A stretch of DNA of 64,000 nucleotides from Lingula anatina (lineage: Eukaryota > Animalia > Brachiopoda): contig CM120640.1 of NCBI GenBank assembly GCA_051362555.1, positions 50,756,788 through 50,820,787 of the forward strand, given 5' to 3'. Below, one piece after another: positions 63,632 through 64,000 of the stretch. Made by a program: the position numbers and the translations under genes. The first letter of the stretch is position 1; each line of letters starts with the position of its first letter. The notes below the pieces were generated by a model that made no database searches, was not told the DNA's origin, and saw only the letters and a program-made list of their open reading frames with translations.

Positions 63632-64000
63632 TTAATTTGTGTGGCAGCTACATGTATCCTCTGCACTTCCCATCACTGAAATAGTGAAAAAAATCCGTTA
63701 AACATATATTATTATTATATTTTCAGATGTTGGTATTCACCAGAAAAGATTACCTTTCTCTATAAGGTGTCACAAGAAGCTATTCAATTTGATTGACTAT
63801 CAAATAGCATCCAGGTTTTCAAGAAATAACAAGCATCCTTATGGAAAATGGTAAGCTTGAATTCTGCCAACATCTTATGGTACGGTCAATGAGAAATCAT
63901 CCAATAATCCTCTATGTGTATATTCCTTTATATCTGCTTAAAAATTTCATATGATATAAGTCACATTTAAAAGGGTAAAATTACCAGTTAAAAATAAAAC

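Overview
AT-rich eukaryotic (metazoan, probably invertebrate) genomic DNA with GT-AG introns; not prokaryotic, and most of the supplied ORF track is noise. Six protein-coding genes were reconstructed by hand in strictly alternating orientation: BIN3 (+, ~108/3730-9393), FHIP2/FAM160B (-, 12241-21224), FNTA (+, 21537-25830, head-to-head with FHIP2 across 312 bp), an LZTS-family coiled-coil gene (-, 28473-33006, with ~21 kb of non-coding upstream DNA), a heparanase-like GH79 gene (+, 56206-60460) and UBOX5/RNF37 (-, 62039-63631). The window also has a 5'-truncated RTE-like LINE fragment, at least eight non-autonomous TIR elements, microsatellites and two short tandem duplications at gene ends. 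I found no convincing wholly new biological system. The best leads are an apparently frameshifted or stop-interrupted BIN3 first exon, a duplicated 3' splice site that could truncate the heparanase, a short acidic linker and altered substrate residues in that heparanase, an in-frame start-stop uORF in LZTS, and conserved linkage with vertebrate paralogous regions. Identifications rest on recalled protein motifs; no database search was run.
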